NCBI GenBank assembly: GCA_963827685.1
Contig: CAWHBU010000002.1
Location: forward strand, 480,001-544,000
DNA from: an uncultured delta proteobacterium
GTDB lineage: Bacteria; Desulfobacterota; BSN033; UBA1163
Length of the DNA: 64,000 bases
Direction of reading: 5' to 3'
In this document: piece after piece, positions 49,787 through 60,048 of the stretch
Position numbering within the stretch: the stretch's first letter is position 1
How the letters are laid out: each line of letters starts with the position of its first letter
Position numbers and translations under genes: made by a program
Notes under the pieces: generated by a model
Seen by the model: the letters and a program-made list of their open reading frames with translations, nothing else
Told to the model about the DNA's origin: nothing
The model's database searches: none

Positions 49787-51007
49787 TTATCTTTTTACCA
49801 GAATGGGTGGCGCACCTTCCTCAGGAGAAATTTCCCTGACAAGAACGGGAACGGCCCATTCCTTATCTGGCCTTGCTTCTAACCGGAAGATATACATGGA
49901 CTGCATGGCTTGATGATCTTCTTTGCGGAAAAACATTCTTCCCTTGGGAGTCATGAATTGCATCCCTTCCATCGCAGTGATTAGCTTTTCCGTATCAGTT
50001 GATTTTGCCTTTTCAATGCCAGCGATGGTTGCCATGGCCGCAGCAAATCCTCCGCAGGTAAAGAAGTCAGGTGGTTCTTTAAACCTTGCTTGATGCTCTT
50101 TGACAAACCAGTCATTCACCGGGTTTTTGGGAAGTTCGTAATAGTAATAGGCTCCTCCCATCATTCCCCTGAGACTTTCAAAAGCTTTCAGAATTGGAAG
50201 AGTGGCTTTTAATACAGGAAGAATGTTGCCTCCCGTTGTGATCTTAATCCCATATTTTTCCATTTTCATTGCAGCCATCTGCTCAATGGGCGGGTTCTTT
50301 CCTGCCCACACTACGAAAACATATTTTTCGCCTTGCTTGTCCTTTAGCGCATCGATAATCCTCTGGACCGAAGAGGTATGGTCCGTTTGTGCCATGGGAC
50401 AATATTCCTCGTGAATCATTTTAGCTCCCAACTTCTCGGCAGCCTCCTTGTAAGCGGCGACGCCATCCCTTCCAAAGGCATAGTCCTGGGCGATCGCTCC
50501 AAGAAAGACGCCTGGTTTGGCGACGGCTTTTGCATTGGCTATGGCATCCTGCCCCGAGTTCCTTCCTGTTCGAAAAATATATCGGTTCCAGGCACTACCT
50601 GTGATGGAATCCGCCACTGCAGGTTCCACCAGTAAAATCTTTTTAAACTCTAAAGCCACGGGAAGCATCGCGAGAGCTGCGGCGCTGCTCGTTGTTCCCA
50701 CAACAAGATTGACCTTGTCATCCGCGTGTAACTTCGTGATCAGCCTCTTGGCAACATCCGGCTTCAACTGATCATCTTCGACGATCAGCTCTATCTTCCT
50801 TCCCATGACTTCGTTCTTACCTTTGGTTCCATACTCCAGGCCCATCTTAAACCCGGTAAGCATCTGCTTGGCGTAGGCTTCCAAAGCCCCTGAAAAACCC
50901 TGAACGATGCCAATTTTTATGGGTGGCTCTGCTCCATAAACCTGAGGACTGAAAAGCATGAACCCAAGAGCAATGCATAAGAAAAATCCCAACCCTGTCT
51001 TTCTCAT
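49787..51007 (-). CDS. Liv-type ABC periplasmic substrate-binding protein
   Basis: Signal peptide; IKIG, EDDQLKP, EPAVADSITG, FRTGRNS, DYAFG. Confidence 0.9.
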   Translation of the reverse strand: MRKTGLGFFLCIALGFMLFSPQVYGAEPPIKIGIVQGFSGALEAYAKQMLTGFKMGLEYGTKGKNEVMGRKIELIVEDDQLKPDVAKRLITKLHADDKVNLVVGTTSSAAALAMLPVALEFKKILLVEPAVADSITGSAWNRYIFRTGRNSGQDAIANAKAVAKPGVFLGAIAQDYAFGRDGVAAYKEAAEKLGAKMIHEEYCPMAQTDHTSSVQRIIDALKDKQGEKYVFVVWAGKNPPIEQMAAMKMEKYGIKITTGGNILPVLKATLPILKAFESLRGMMGGAYYYYELPKNPVNDWFVKEHQARFKEPPDFFTCGGFAAAMATIAGIEKAKSTDTEKLITAMEGMQFMTPKGRMFFRKEDHQAMQSMYIFRLEARPDKEWAVPVLVREISPEEGAPPILVKR

Positions 51008-51083
51008 AATAATGACCTCCCTTCTTTATTTAGGATATGAACTATCACTTTTCAAAATAAGTGTCTATAGGAAAATGAATGCT

Positions 51084-51215
51084 TAATCAACTCCTTCTTG
51101 GGAGGCATTACCCAGGCTGTTCCATCCACCACTTCTTTCCCGTCCTGATTCACACAGGTCGTTCAGAATTTACCCCGATTCTTTCCGGGACCAGTCCGAT
51201 AACCTCCACCTTGGC
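51084..51215 (-). pseudogene. Degenerate C-terminal fragment of a MaoC paralogue
   Basis: AKVEVIGLVPE/NRGKF*TTCVNQDGKEVVDGTAWVMPPKK matches the C-terminus of 44725-45150; frameshift and stop. Confidence 0.75.
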
Positions 51216-51243
51216 CCGCCTGCAGAAGGCAGGAGTGAGGGAT

Positions 51244-53241
51244 TTAAATTTTTTTGAGTGCCTCATGTGCTTCTTCATGGCTTTCGTAAATATGAGGTTT
51301 TACCCCTCGCCTTTGAAGGGCATCCCCGAGTTTCATGCGGAGAAAGGTACTTGTGGTATATCGGGTAACTTCCAGATAATATTTGTTGACGAGGTACTTT
51401 ACCATGTCCGTATATTCATCCACAAGGTCAGGGAGAATGGTGAAATTGTCGTAGTTGACAATGGTATGGACTTTCTTTCCCAAAGGGGCCAGGATTTTTT
51501 CAACCGCTTCTCTGGCATCCCGAATGTCTTTTCTCGTTTTAATAGCATGTCCTTCAAAATTAACAAAAAAGAGATTCTCTTCAGGATCAAGGATCAAACG
51601 TTCTTCCAGAGGAATGGTAAGCAGTTCCTCCCTCAAACCCATTGGTTCGAACCTAAAAATCCTTTCGTCCATCAAGCGGAGGGGCTCCTTGATAATGGGT
51701 TTGAAGTCCATCCAGGAAAGGACGTCTTTTTCGATATCGATACCGGGAGCAATCTCGGTCAATTCCATTCCTTCTTTGGTTAAAGAGAAGACGCCTCGCT
51801 CTGTGACGTAAAGAACAGGTTGGTTTTTCATTTTGGCATATTTTCCGCTGAAGGTGACGTGCTCGACCTGATCAACAAATTTCTTAACCTTTCCCTCCTG
51901 GTCAATTCTCAGCTTTTCGCCATGCACCGACACCTTTAAATCTCCGGCTGTGAAGGTTCCCACAAAAACAATTTTCTTCGCATTCTGGCTGATGTTGATA
52001 AATCCGCCTGCGCCGGCAAGTTTAGGACCAAATTTACTCACATTAGAATTACCTTCCTTATCTGCCTGGGCCAAGCCTAAGAAGGCCACATCCAAACCTC
52101 CGCCGTCATAAAAATCGAATTGGTAGGGCTGATCTATGAGCGCATCCATATTTGTTCCTGTTCCGAAGTTGAGACCACCGGACGGAACTCCTCCCACCAC
52201 ACCGGGCTCTGTGGTAAGGGTGATATAATCAGTAATCTTTTCCTCATTGGCGACATTAGCAATTCCCTCTGGTACGCCGATTCCCAAATTGACAACACTA
52301 TTGGGCTTCAGTTCGAAAGCTGCTCTTCGGGCTATAATTTTTCTCTCATTCATCTCCATCGAGGGAATGAATTGCATAGGAATTTTGATTTCACAGCTAA
52401 GGGCTGGGTTATAAGGTTCAGCAAAAGTCTGCCAGTGGTGTTCTGGCGGAGCAACCACCACACAGTCAACCAAAATCCCTGGGATCTTGACCTGACGTGC
52501 ATCCAGAGTCCCATGATCTGCAACCCTTTCCACCTGTACAATCACGAAGCCATCAGAATTCTTGGCTGCCATGGCTATGGAGAGGGATTCGAGAGTCAGG
52601 GCTTCTTTCTCCATAGTTATATTTCCATCCGTGTCGGCGGTCGTACCACGGAGGATGGCAACATGAATAGACATCGTTTTGTAAGCGAGATATTCCTTTC
52701 CGTCTATGGTCATCAATTCCACGATATCTTCCGTGGTCATCTTATTGATTTTTCCACCCCCGAGTCTTGGATCAACGAAGGTTCCAAGACCAACAGACGT
52801 GATCGTCCTGGGTTTATGGGCGGCAATGTCTCGATACATGTGGGAGATGACTCCCTGGGGAAGATTATAGGCCATGATCTTATTTTCAAAGGCTAATTTT
52901 TGAAGTTTTGGAGCCAGTCCCCAGTGCCCGCCGATCACCCTTTTGACTAAACCTTCATGGCCTAAATGGTTCAATCCTCTTTCGCCCCCATCTCCCTGGC
53001 CCGCCGCGTAGATCAGGGTCAGATCCCTGGGTTTTCCTGTCTTTAAAAAATAGTCTTCAAGCTTAACGGCGATTTCCTCGGCGAATCCGGTTCCAACAAA
53101 GCCTCCTGTGGCTACGGTATCACCGTCTCTGATCACTCGAACGGCTTCCTCTGCCAATACGATTTTCCCCCTTTTCACTCTTGTTGGAGGGGTTGGGGAG
53201 AACATCGGGTGGGAAACTTCTTTCACCGGAATTTCTTTCAT
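51244..53241 (-). CDS. Family I acyl-CoA:acetate/propionate CoA-transferase (YdiF/Pct-like) with C-terminal extension
   Basis: [42 protein letters not shown]. Confidence 0.9.
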   Translation of the reverse strand: MKEIPVKEVSHPMFSPTPPTRVKRGKIVLAEEAVRVIRDGDTVATGGFVGTGFAEEIAVKLEDYFLKTGKPRDLTLIYAAGQGDGGERGLNHLGHEGLVKRVIGGHWGLAPKLQKLAFENKIMAYNLPQGVISHMYRDIAAHKPRTITSVGLGTFVDPRLGGGKINKMTTEDIVELMTIDGKEYLAYKTMSIHVAILRGTTADTDGNITMEKEALTLESLSIAMAAKNSDGFVIVQVERVADHGTLDARQVKIPGILVDCVVVAPPEHHWQTFAEPYNPALSCEIKIPMQFIPSMEMNERKIIARRAAFELKPNSVVNLGIGVPEGIANVANEEKITDYITLTTEPGVVGGVPSGGLNFGTGTNMDALIDQPYQFDFYDGGGLDVAFLGLAQADKEGNSNVSKFGPKLAGAGGFINISQNAKKIVFVGTFTAGDLKVSVHGEKLRIDQEGKVKKFVDQVEHVTFSGKYAKMKNQPVLYVTERGVFSLTKEGMELTEIAPGIDIEKDVLSWMDFKPIIKEPLRLMDERIFRFEPMGLREELLTIPLEERLILDPEENLFFVNFEGHAIKTRKDIRDAREAVEKILAPLGKKVHTIVNYDNFTILPDLVDEYTDMVKYLVNKYYLEVTRYTTSTFLRMKLGDALQRRGVKPHIYESHEEAHEALKKI

Positions 53242-53343
53242 TGGGCTCCTCCTTATCAGTCATATGATGTGAGCAAATGTCAGCAGCTCTGATGTATTCT
53301 ACTTCGGGATCGGCGAGTTGATTCCTGTGGTAAAGGAGTGGGC

Positions 53344-54042
53344 TTAGACCATGAGGTACCTCTTTCTAACCTCTTCATTGTTGCGCAATTCTTCGATGGT
53401 TCCCTGATAGCGGATCGTTCCTTTATCCATCACATATGCCCGATCACTCAAGGCCGTGGCCAGACCAACATTATGTTCGCAAATGAGCATGGTAGTGCCT
53501 AATTTCTTGATTTCTCCCAGTTGTTCTTTCATGGCTTGAATGACCAAAGGGGCCAGTCCTTCACCGGGCTCGTCCAAAAGAAGGAGTTGAGGATTAGTCA
53601 TCAAGGTCCGAGCAATGGTGAGCATTTGTTGTTCCCCACCGCTCAGTTGGGTTCCCATGTGGGTATCTAACTCTTTCAATTTTGGAAAAAAAGAATAAAT
53701 TCGTTCCAGATTCCAGATGGCTTCTTCCTTTTCTCTCCGGGCGATAAGGATATTTTGTCGGACTGTTAAATCGGGGAAGATTCTCCGGTCATCCGGTACA
53801 AAGCCAATACCCAGTGGGGCAATACGATACGGGGGTTTCTCGGTGATCTCTTTCCCATTAAACTTAATACTTCCCGAACGAGGAGGCGTTAGGCCAATGA
53901 TGCTTCTTAAAGTCGTTGTTTTACCGGCCCCATTCCTTCCCAACAGACAAACGGCTTCCCTTTCCTTGATATCTATAGAGACGCCAAAGAGGATATGACT
54001 TGTTCCATAATAGGTATGAATTTCTTGGACTTCAAGAATCAT
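53344..54042 (-). CDS. Liv-type ABC ATPase (LivF-like)
   Basis: GRNGAGKTT, LSGGEQQM, DEPGEGLAP. Confidence 0.92.
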   Translation of the reverse strand: MILEVQEIHTYYGTSHILFGVSIDIKEREAVCLLGRNGAGKTTTLRSIIGLTPPRSGSIKFNGKEITEKPPYRIAPLGIGFVPDDRRIFPDLTVRQNILIARREKEEAIWNLERIYSFFPKLKELDTHMGTQLSGGEQQMLTIARTLMTNPQLLLLDEPGEGLAPLVIQAMKEQLGEIKKLGTTMLICEHNVGLATALSDRAYVMDKGTIRYQGTIEELRNNEEVRKRYLMV

Positions 54043-54779
54043 GCTATCCCACCTAAATAAACCTTCTGGACCTCTTCGTTCGCCCTCACCTCTAAGGGCT
54101 TCCCGTCGGCAATCAGAGTCCCCTGATGAAGGACGGAGATTCTTTTAGCGATCCCGAATACCACACTCATATCGTGTTCAGTGAAAAGAATGGTCAACCC
54201 TCGCTCCTCAACCAACTTTTTGATAAAAATCATGGTGGTCTCTGTCTCATCAGGGGACATGCCACACGTAGGTTCATCCAGAAGCAAGAGTTCCGGCTCG
54301 GTTCCCAGGGTAATGGCCAGTTCCAGTCGCTTCTTATCACCATGGGAAATTGAATCTCCTGATCTCTTTGCTTGATCTGCCAACCCCACATCTTCTAATA
54401 TGCGCCAGACCTCTTCCCTAAAATGCTTTCTTGCAGGGGAGAAGAAGTGGAGCGTAATCCTTCGGTGAGATAATAAACTCATCAATACACTTTCATAAAC
54501 GCTGAGCTTAGGATAGATGCTGGTGATCTGAAAAGATCGGGTAATCCCGAGGTTACATCGATGATAGGCGGGCCAATTCGTAATCTCTTTCCCTTTGAAT
54601 AGGACTTTTCCAGAGGTTGCCCGATGATATCCAGTAATAAGATTAAAGTAGGTAGACTTCCCGGCCCCATTCGGACCGATGATGGCATGGACATCTCCCT
54701 TTTGGATTTCGAGAGTGACCTCATTCACCGCTCTGAGCTTACCGAACTCTTTTGCTATCCTTTGAGTTTGAAGAAACAT
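54039..54779 (-). CDS. Liv-type ABC ATPase (LivG-like)
   Basis: GPNGAGKST, RSFQ, SHGDKK, DEPTCG, TEHD. Confidence 0.92.
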   Translation of the reverse strand: MFLQTQRIAKEFGKLRAVNEVTLEIQKGDVHAIIGPNGAGKSTYFNLITGYHRATSGKVLFKGKEITNWPAYHRCNLGITRSFQITSIYPKLSVYESVLMSLLSHRRITLHFFSPARKHFREEVWRILEDVGLADQAKRSGDSISHGDKKRLELAITLGTEPELLLLDEPTCGMSPDETETTMIFIKKLVEERGLTILFTEHDMSVVFGIAKRISVLHQGTLIADGKPLEVRANEEVQKVYLGGIA

Positions 54780-54819
54780 ATTATCAAACCTCAAATCCGA
54801 ACTGAGGAATTAAGGAATT

Positions 54820-55809
54820 CTAAATTCCTTTTTCGATTCCCGAATTCGTAATTTCTAAATCTCTTCTCTCTTTAAGCTTCTCCCCGGCAAAACCGAGCAT
54901 CCCACCGGGCAGGAAGAAAATAATGATAAGAATAAGAACTCCCATGATAGCCGCCCAAAAAACGGTGAAGCCAAGAACCCAAGCGTGAAAGAATGTCATG
55001 ACGAACATTCCCAAAATGGGTCCAAAGAAAAGTGATGGTCCTCCCAGAATTGCCGCCATGACCGGCTCACCAGACTTGATCCAAAACAATGAGGAGGGCG
55101 CCATGGAACGATAAAAAGGTGCCCACAACGCGCCGGCCAGTCCAGCGTAGGCTGCCGCGATAACAAACGCAATCAATTGATATCTGGAGATATTGATCCC
55201 CAAAAATTCTGTCCTTTCGGAATTCTCACGCATTGACTTAAGAGTGTAACCGAAAGGTGAATTAACAATTCGCCAGAGGATGAAGGCAGCAAAGACAAAG
55301 ACGGCGAGAATGAAAAAATAGTAGTTGATGGGCGACTTGAGTGGATCGGGCGGAAAGACACCCTGGATACCGTCATCCCCCCCGGTGAAATCATGCCACT
55401 TATAGATGACAAAATAGATTAGCTGACCAAAGGCAAGCGTCAAGATCGAGAAGTAGATTCCTCTCAAACGGACACAAAAAAATCCAATAATGAGGCCAAG
55501 GATGCTTGCCATAAGAATTCCGGCTGGGAGGCTGAGCCAGAAATTTAAATGGGCTTTTGTTATAAGCATGGCTACGGTGTAACCTGAGAGTCCATAAAAA
55601 GCAGCTTGACCGAAAGAGAGTTGCCCCATATACCCGAAAAGGAGATTGAAGCTCAGAGCGAGAAGGCTCATAATGAGAGCCTCACCCAATATGGCGAGGT
55701 AGAACTCGCTGATGATAAAAGGGGCTAGGATGGCCACGACGATCAGTAGTGCTAACCACCACTGCCTCCTTGTCAATGAACTTTCTTGCTCAGTATGGTT
55801 TACTCCCAT
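54820..55809 (-). CDS. Liv-type ABC permease (LivM-like)
   Basis: GYMGQLSFGQ, TGGDDG, SPFG..MREN. Confidence 0.9.
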   Translation of the reverse strand: MGVNHTEQESSLTRRQWWLALLIVVAILAPFIISEFYLAILGEALIMSLLALSFNLLFGYMGQLSFGQAAFYGLSGYTVAMLITKAHLNFWLSLPAGILMASILGLIIGFFCVRLRGIYFSILTLAFGQLIYFVIYKWHDFTGGDDGIQGVFPPDPLKSPINYYFFILAVFVFAAFILWRIVNSPFGYTLKSMRENSERTEFLGINISRYQLIAFVIAAAYAGLAGALWAPFYRSMAPSSLFWIKSGEPVMAAILGGPSLFFGPILGMFVMTFFHAWVLGFTVFWAAIMGVLILIIIFFLPGGMLGFAGEKLKERRDLEITNSGIEKGI

Positions 55810-55811
55810 TT

Positions 55812-56693
55812 TTATCTTTCCGGTTTTCCAAAAATTCCCCAGGGACGAATGATGAGGACAATGGCCATGACAATGAATATAAAGGCCAAAGCCAATTCTG
55901 GTTTAAACATGATTCCAAAGGAATAGACCTCTCCGACAATAAAAGACCCCAGGAGTGTCCCGGGAAGGCTTCCCATACCACCGATGACGACGACGGCGAA
56001 ACACTCAATAATAATATCAATATCCATACCTAGACGGATTGCTCCGTAGGGGGCTGAAACGCCACCGCTCAATCCAGCGATCAGGGACCCCAATACAAAT
56101 ATCCATGTGAAGAGCCATGGAATGGGTATTCCTAAAGCCGCCACCATCTCTCGGTCACTTGCAGCTGCCCTGATGATATCACCGAGACGTGTCCGATAGA
56201 CCAACCACCATAGGAAGACGACGAGGGCTAAACCTACCAAAATAACGAAAAAATTATAAGAAGGAAATGGAAATCCAAAAAGGGAAACAGCTCCTGTGAA
56301 GGGCTTGGGCCTGGGGATCGAGAGAAATTCTCCGCCCCAACCCCATTTGACAATGTCGGTAATAATTAAGATGATAGCGTAAGTAGATAAAAGTTGCTCA
56401 GGCCACCCCCTGGAATAGAGGCGTCTTAGCAGGAAAACCTCAATAATAATACCTACCCCTGCCATAATCAGCGAAGCGAGGATCGTTGCGACATAGAAGC
56501 CGACGACCGGGATGAGCAGGTGTTTCCAAATGGAATAAGTGATGAAGGCTCCAAGCATATAGAGGGAGCCATGAGCAAAATTGAGGACCCTCAGGACACC
56601 GAAGGTGAGGGAAAGGCCCGAGGCGACCAGAAAGAGTAAGGCGCCTCGGGCAATTCCACTCAAGAACTGGTTGAAAAGGACGTCAAAAGACAT
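55812..56693 (-). CDS. Liv-type ABC permease (LivH-like)
   Basis: SGLSLTFG..NFAHG, TRLG..IRA, VIGGMGS, RPWG. Confidence 0.9.
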   Translation of the reverse strand: MSFDVLFNQFLSGIARGALLFLVASGLSLTFGVLRVLNFAHGSLYMLGAFITYSIWKHLLIPVVGFYVATILASLIMAGVGIIIEVFLLRRLYSRGWPEQLLSTYAIILIITDIVKWGWGGEFLSIPRPKPFTGAVSLFGFPFPSYNFFVILVGLALVVFLWWLVYRTRLGDIIRAAASDREMVAALGIPIPWLFTWIFVLGSLIAGLSGGVSAPYGAIRLGMDIDIIIECFAVVVIGGMGSLPGTLLGSFIVGEVYSFGIMFKPELALAFIFIVMAIVLIIRPWGIFGKPER

Positions 56694-56699
56694 AGGTTT

Positions 56700-56862
56700 T
56701 AAAAATTTCAAATCACAAATCTTAAATCCCAAACAAATCCCAAATTTCAATTCCTAATTACCCAAACCATTACTTTGTTTAGAATTTGGTTCATTGGAAC
56801 TTATTTGTTATTTGGCCTGCCTGCGCGAAGCCGCTCCGGCGAAGGCAGGTGCTTGTGATTTG
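56700..56862. repeat. Heptamer/low-complexity inverted element with nested GC hairpin
   Basis: (AAATYMC)-like runs, complementary TTTGG runs, nested CCTGCCT...AGGCAGG. Confidence 0.55.
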
Positions 56863-56871
56863 GCGCTTATA

Positions 56872-58137
56872 TTATCTGACCACCCCTGTTTTTTTCCAGA
56901 TTTCTCGTACACTGGCCTCAGGCCGAATGACTTGCTCTCCAGGGATTCGAGAGATGTCCTTCCAGATTTTGAATCCGGGATAATTGGGATCTTTGGCAAT
57001 GGTTCCTTGATAACATGGTACCGTTCCCATATGGTCTAAAGCCCGAATGGTGAACTTTCCCCTCAAGCTATCAAAGGTTATTCCCTCCATAGCTTTAATG
57101 ACAGCTTCGGTCTCTGCGGTCTTAGCCTTTTCGATTGCTGCCTTGATGAGATAAATGGAATCATAAGCCATGACAGACCATGAGTCAGGATATGCACCAC
57201 GGGTTTTTCTAAACTTTCCGGCAAACTCCATCATCTTTGGATTGGGGTCCATGAAGAAGCATCCCCTTCCAAAACCAAACGTTCCTTCAGGCGCATCCTC
57301 TCCCAAGGCTAATAGAACAGGAAGGTCAAACAGTGCAATCGTTGGGAACTTTTCAAAAAAGCCATAGGGTTTGGCCTGCTTGGTAAAGGCCACTAAGTCT
57401 CCACCGAAAAGGGAACCATGGACTGCATCGGGTTTTTTGGCCATCATAGCAGTAATAAATGAGGTGAAGTCAGTTTCACCGGGCTTTGGCCAAGCCTGAT
57501 AGAGAATTTCAGCATCCGGTACCAACCTTTTGATCTCTTCTGCAAAGGCAGCTTCTTCACGACGGCCGAACTCATAATCCGGGCCGATGGTGCAGAACTT
57601 CTTTGCCGTAGGGACCTTTTTCATGAGGTAACGTGTGTTCGCAGTGGCCTCCATGTAGGTATTGGGGACAACCTGGAAGATATAAGGAGTGAATTTGTCA
57701 ACGGTCATCGCTTCCGTGTTGGCTATTCCCACTACCCTCATTACTTTATACTCGGAGTGTACCACCAGCATCGCGAGAGAGACACCACTGCTGCATGGCC
57801 CCATGAGGAAATTTACTTTCTCTCTGAGGATTAAATCCTTTGTTTCCCTCGCACCAACATCAACCTTAGCTTCTGTATCCCGAACGATCAAATCGAGTTT
57901 CCTGCCAAGGATGCCGCCTTTGGCATTGATTTCTTCCATAGCGATCCTGATGCCGTTGATAGCGGATTCGGAATACATATAACAAGGGCCGGCAAAGTCG
58001 TAGATGGCTCCTATCTTAATAGCTTCCTTGGAAGGTGCTCCCTTCGCTGGAGCGGGTTTGGCCTGGGCCATTACCATCGGGACTGAAACGATGCTGAAGA
58101 GAAAAAACAAAACCGTCAACGTTGTGAACTTTTTCAT
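56872..58137 (-). CDS. Liv-type ABC periplasmic substrate-binding protein
   Basis: Signal peptide; EINAKGGILGRK, GPCSSG, PDYEFG, DFTSFI. Confidence 0.9.
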   Translation of the reverse strand: MKKFTTLTVLFFLFSIVSVPMVMAQAKPAPAKGAPSKEAIKIGAIYDFAGPCYMYSESAINGIRIAMEEINAKGGILGRKLDLIVRDTEAKVDVGARETKDLILREKVNFLMGPCSSGVSLAMLVVHSEYKVMRVVGIANTEAMTVDKFTPYIFQVVPNTYMEATANTRYLMKKVPTAKKFCTIGPDYEFGRREEAAFAEEIKRLVPDAEILYQAWPKPGETDFTSFITAMMAKKPDAVHGSLFGGDLVAFTKQAKPYGFFEKFPTIALFDLPVLLALGEDAPEGTFGFGRGCFFMDPNPKMMEFAGKFRKTRGAYPDSWSVMAYDSIYLIKAAIEKAKTAETEAVIKAMEGITFDSLRGKFTIRALDHMGTVPCYQGTIAKDPNYPGFKIWKDISRIPGEQVIRPEASVREIWKKTGVVR

Positions 58138-58326
58138 GCTCCTCCTCCTTTCGCAGAAAAATTTTTATAAAAGATTATACTCCCCTCCCTTTTTACAGGG
58201 TTCAAATCTAATGAGAAGAAAAAGATCGCAACAGCAATTCACCCATAAATCTCAGGATGGAATGAGACAATCTACGCAATCATTGATGTTATGAATTGCC
58301 TCTCACTAATTTGTAAGATTATTAAT

Positions 58327-58342
58327 AGCAAGAACAAGGCCA
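58327..58342 (-). promoter_or_regulatory. Sigma54 promoter of the ABC/CoA cluster
   Basis: TGGCCTTGTTCTTGCT, exact -24/-12 spacing, next to a sigma54 activator gene. Confidence 0.75.
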
Positions 58343-58425
58343 AAGCGAGTTATCGGCTGAGTGGATATAACCGTTTGAATTTAAAATGGTTTTAATTTGA
58401 TCCGGATTTTCATAACAAGGAGGTA

Positions 58426-58531
58426 TGTAGAAAAAAGTCTACACTTATTATTACATTCATGAATTTTCCATTTAAATATAACTAATTACCCTGAAAGTAG
58501 AAACAATTCTACATGTAGAAATAAATCTACA
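58426..58531. promoter_or_regulatory. Three TGTAGA-N6-TCTACA palindromes (putative activator binding sites)
   Basis: 58426-58443, 58496-58513 (one mismatch), 58514-58531. Confidence 0.75.
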
Positions 58532-58533
58532 GT

Positions 58534-59928
58534 TTAAGACGTTGGAATAGGAATATTTAGCCTTTTCATTTTCTTGTAGAGGGCCGTACGATGTATCCCC
58601 AAGAGTTTCGCGGCCTTGTTCTTATTATCTTTGGAGACACGGATGGCATGAAGAAGAGCTTCTTTCTCCGTATTCTCTCTGAGATGCTTCAGCAAAGTGG
58701 GCTGCAGTTTTGTTGACGCTGTACTCATGCCCTGCAAGAAGATCGGTAGATGTTTCACTTGAATGGCATCCCCGTCGATGGAATAGAGGACTCGTTCTAA
58801 AATGTTGGCTAATTCACGAACGTTGCCCGGCCAATCGTAGTTCTCGAAGATGTTTAACACCTCCGGGAAAATCGTTGCTACATTTGTTCCCAAATCTTTG
58901 TTAAGTGTCCGGATAAGGTGATCGGCAATGATTGGAATATCTTCTCTTCGTTCTCTTAAAGGAGGGATCTGGATTGGAATCACATTCAATCGATAGTATA
59001 AGTCCTTCCTGAATCTCCCCTCTTCAACACATTTCTCCAAGTCTTCTTGGGTGGCAGCGATCAGACGAAAATCACATTTGGTTAAGCGGGTCCCCCCCAA
59101 TCTCTCCATCTCCTTTTCTTCCAAAACCCGAAGGAGTTTTGGTTGCATTTCTAAGGGGAGATCACTGATCTCATCCAAGAAGATGGAACCTCGATGGGCC
59201 AGTTCAAACTTCCCGGGTTTACCCTTGTGTCCTGCTCCCGTAAAGGCCCCCGGTTCGTAACCGAAGAGTTCTGCTTCTAAGAGGTCTTTGGGAATGGCAG
59301 CACAATTCAATCTAATGAAGGGGTGCGGCCGCCGTTCACTGGCGTAATGGATGGCGTGGGCAAAGAGTTCTTTCCCTGTACCGCTTTCTCCTATCAATAG
59401 AACGGGTGCATTGGTTTTGGCAGCCTTAAGGGCGGATGTCTTCAGCTCGGCAATACGTTCGCTTTTTCCAACAATATTATTGATCGTGTATTTCGATGAT
59501 CGCAAACTTTCTAATTCCTTTTCATAGAATTCCACCTTCGATTCCAAAAGGTTGAGTTTTCTTGCCAAGGCGTGGACATCCCTGACATCCTTAAACATTA
59601 CCTGGCCGTAGACCGCTATTAAATTTCCATTGATGTAGATTGGGATACGCTGAACCACCATATCCTGCCCCATGATCCGATGAGGTTGGTCGATTTCTGG
59701 GATTCCGGTCTTGGCAACAATGTCCATGCGTGTATTTTCAATCACTTCGGTGCAATGTTTTCCGATGGTTTCTTTTGGATCGATCCCTAAGAAATTACCG
59801 TAGGTTTTACTAAAAAAAATTATTTTCCCGTCTGGGTCGGTAATCATCACTCCATTATAAATATTGTCGAGAATCGTCTCGTAAAAACATATTTTTTCTT
59901 GGAGTTCATTCACATCATTTTGTGCCAT
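58534..59928 (-). CDS. PAS-domain sigma54-dependent transcriptional activator (Fis family)
   Basis: GESGTGKE, GAFTGA, FLDEI, WPGNVREL, C-terminal HTH. Confidence 0.95.
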   Translation of the reverse strand: MAQNDVNELQEKICFYETILDNIYNGVMITDPDGKIIFFSKTYGNFLGIDPKETIGKHCTEVIENTRMDIVAKTGIPEIDQPHRIMGQDMVVQRIPIYINGNLIAVYGQVMFKDVRDVHALARKLNLLESKVEFYEKELESLRSSKYTINNIVGKSERIAELKTSALKAAKTNAPVLLIGESGTGKELFAHAIHYASERRPHPFIRLNCAAIPKDLLEAELFGYEPGAFTGAGHKGKPGKFELAHRGSIFLDEISDLPLEMQPKLLRVLEEKEMERLGGTRLTKCDFRLIAATQEDLEKCVEEGRFRKDLYYRLNVIPIQIPPLRERREDIPIIADHLIRTLNKDLGTNVATIFPEVLNIFENYDWPGNVRELANILERVLYSIDGDAIQVKHLPIFLQGMSTASTKLQPTLLKHLRENTEKEALLHAIRVSKDNKNKAAKLLGIHRTALYKKMKRLNIPIPTS

Positions 59929-60048
59929 GGATATTCTCCTTATTAGACCCTCCCCCCTCCTGTTTCCCTATGACAGAGAAGAGGATAAATGTGACAATAA
60001 TCTACCACAGAAAAAAAGGAATGTGAAGGGCGAAAGGTACATTTTCTA

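Noticed and set aside
52120-52896. Long antisense ORFs (also 26441-27088, 30788-31417, 51079-51783)
   Set aside because: Shadow frames opposite well-supported genes.
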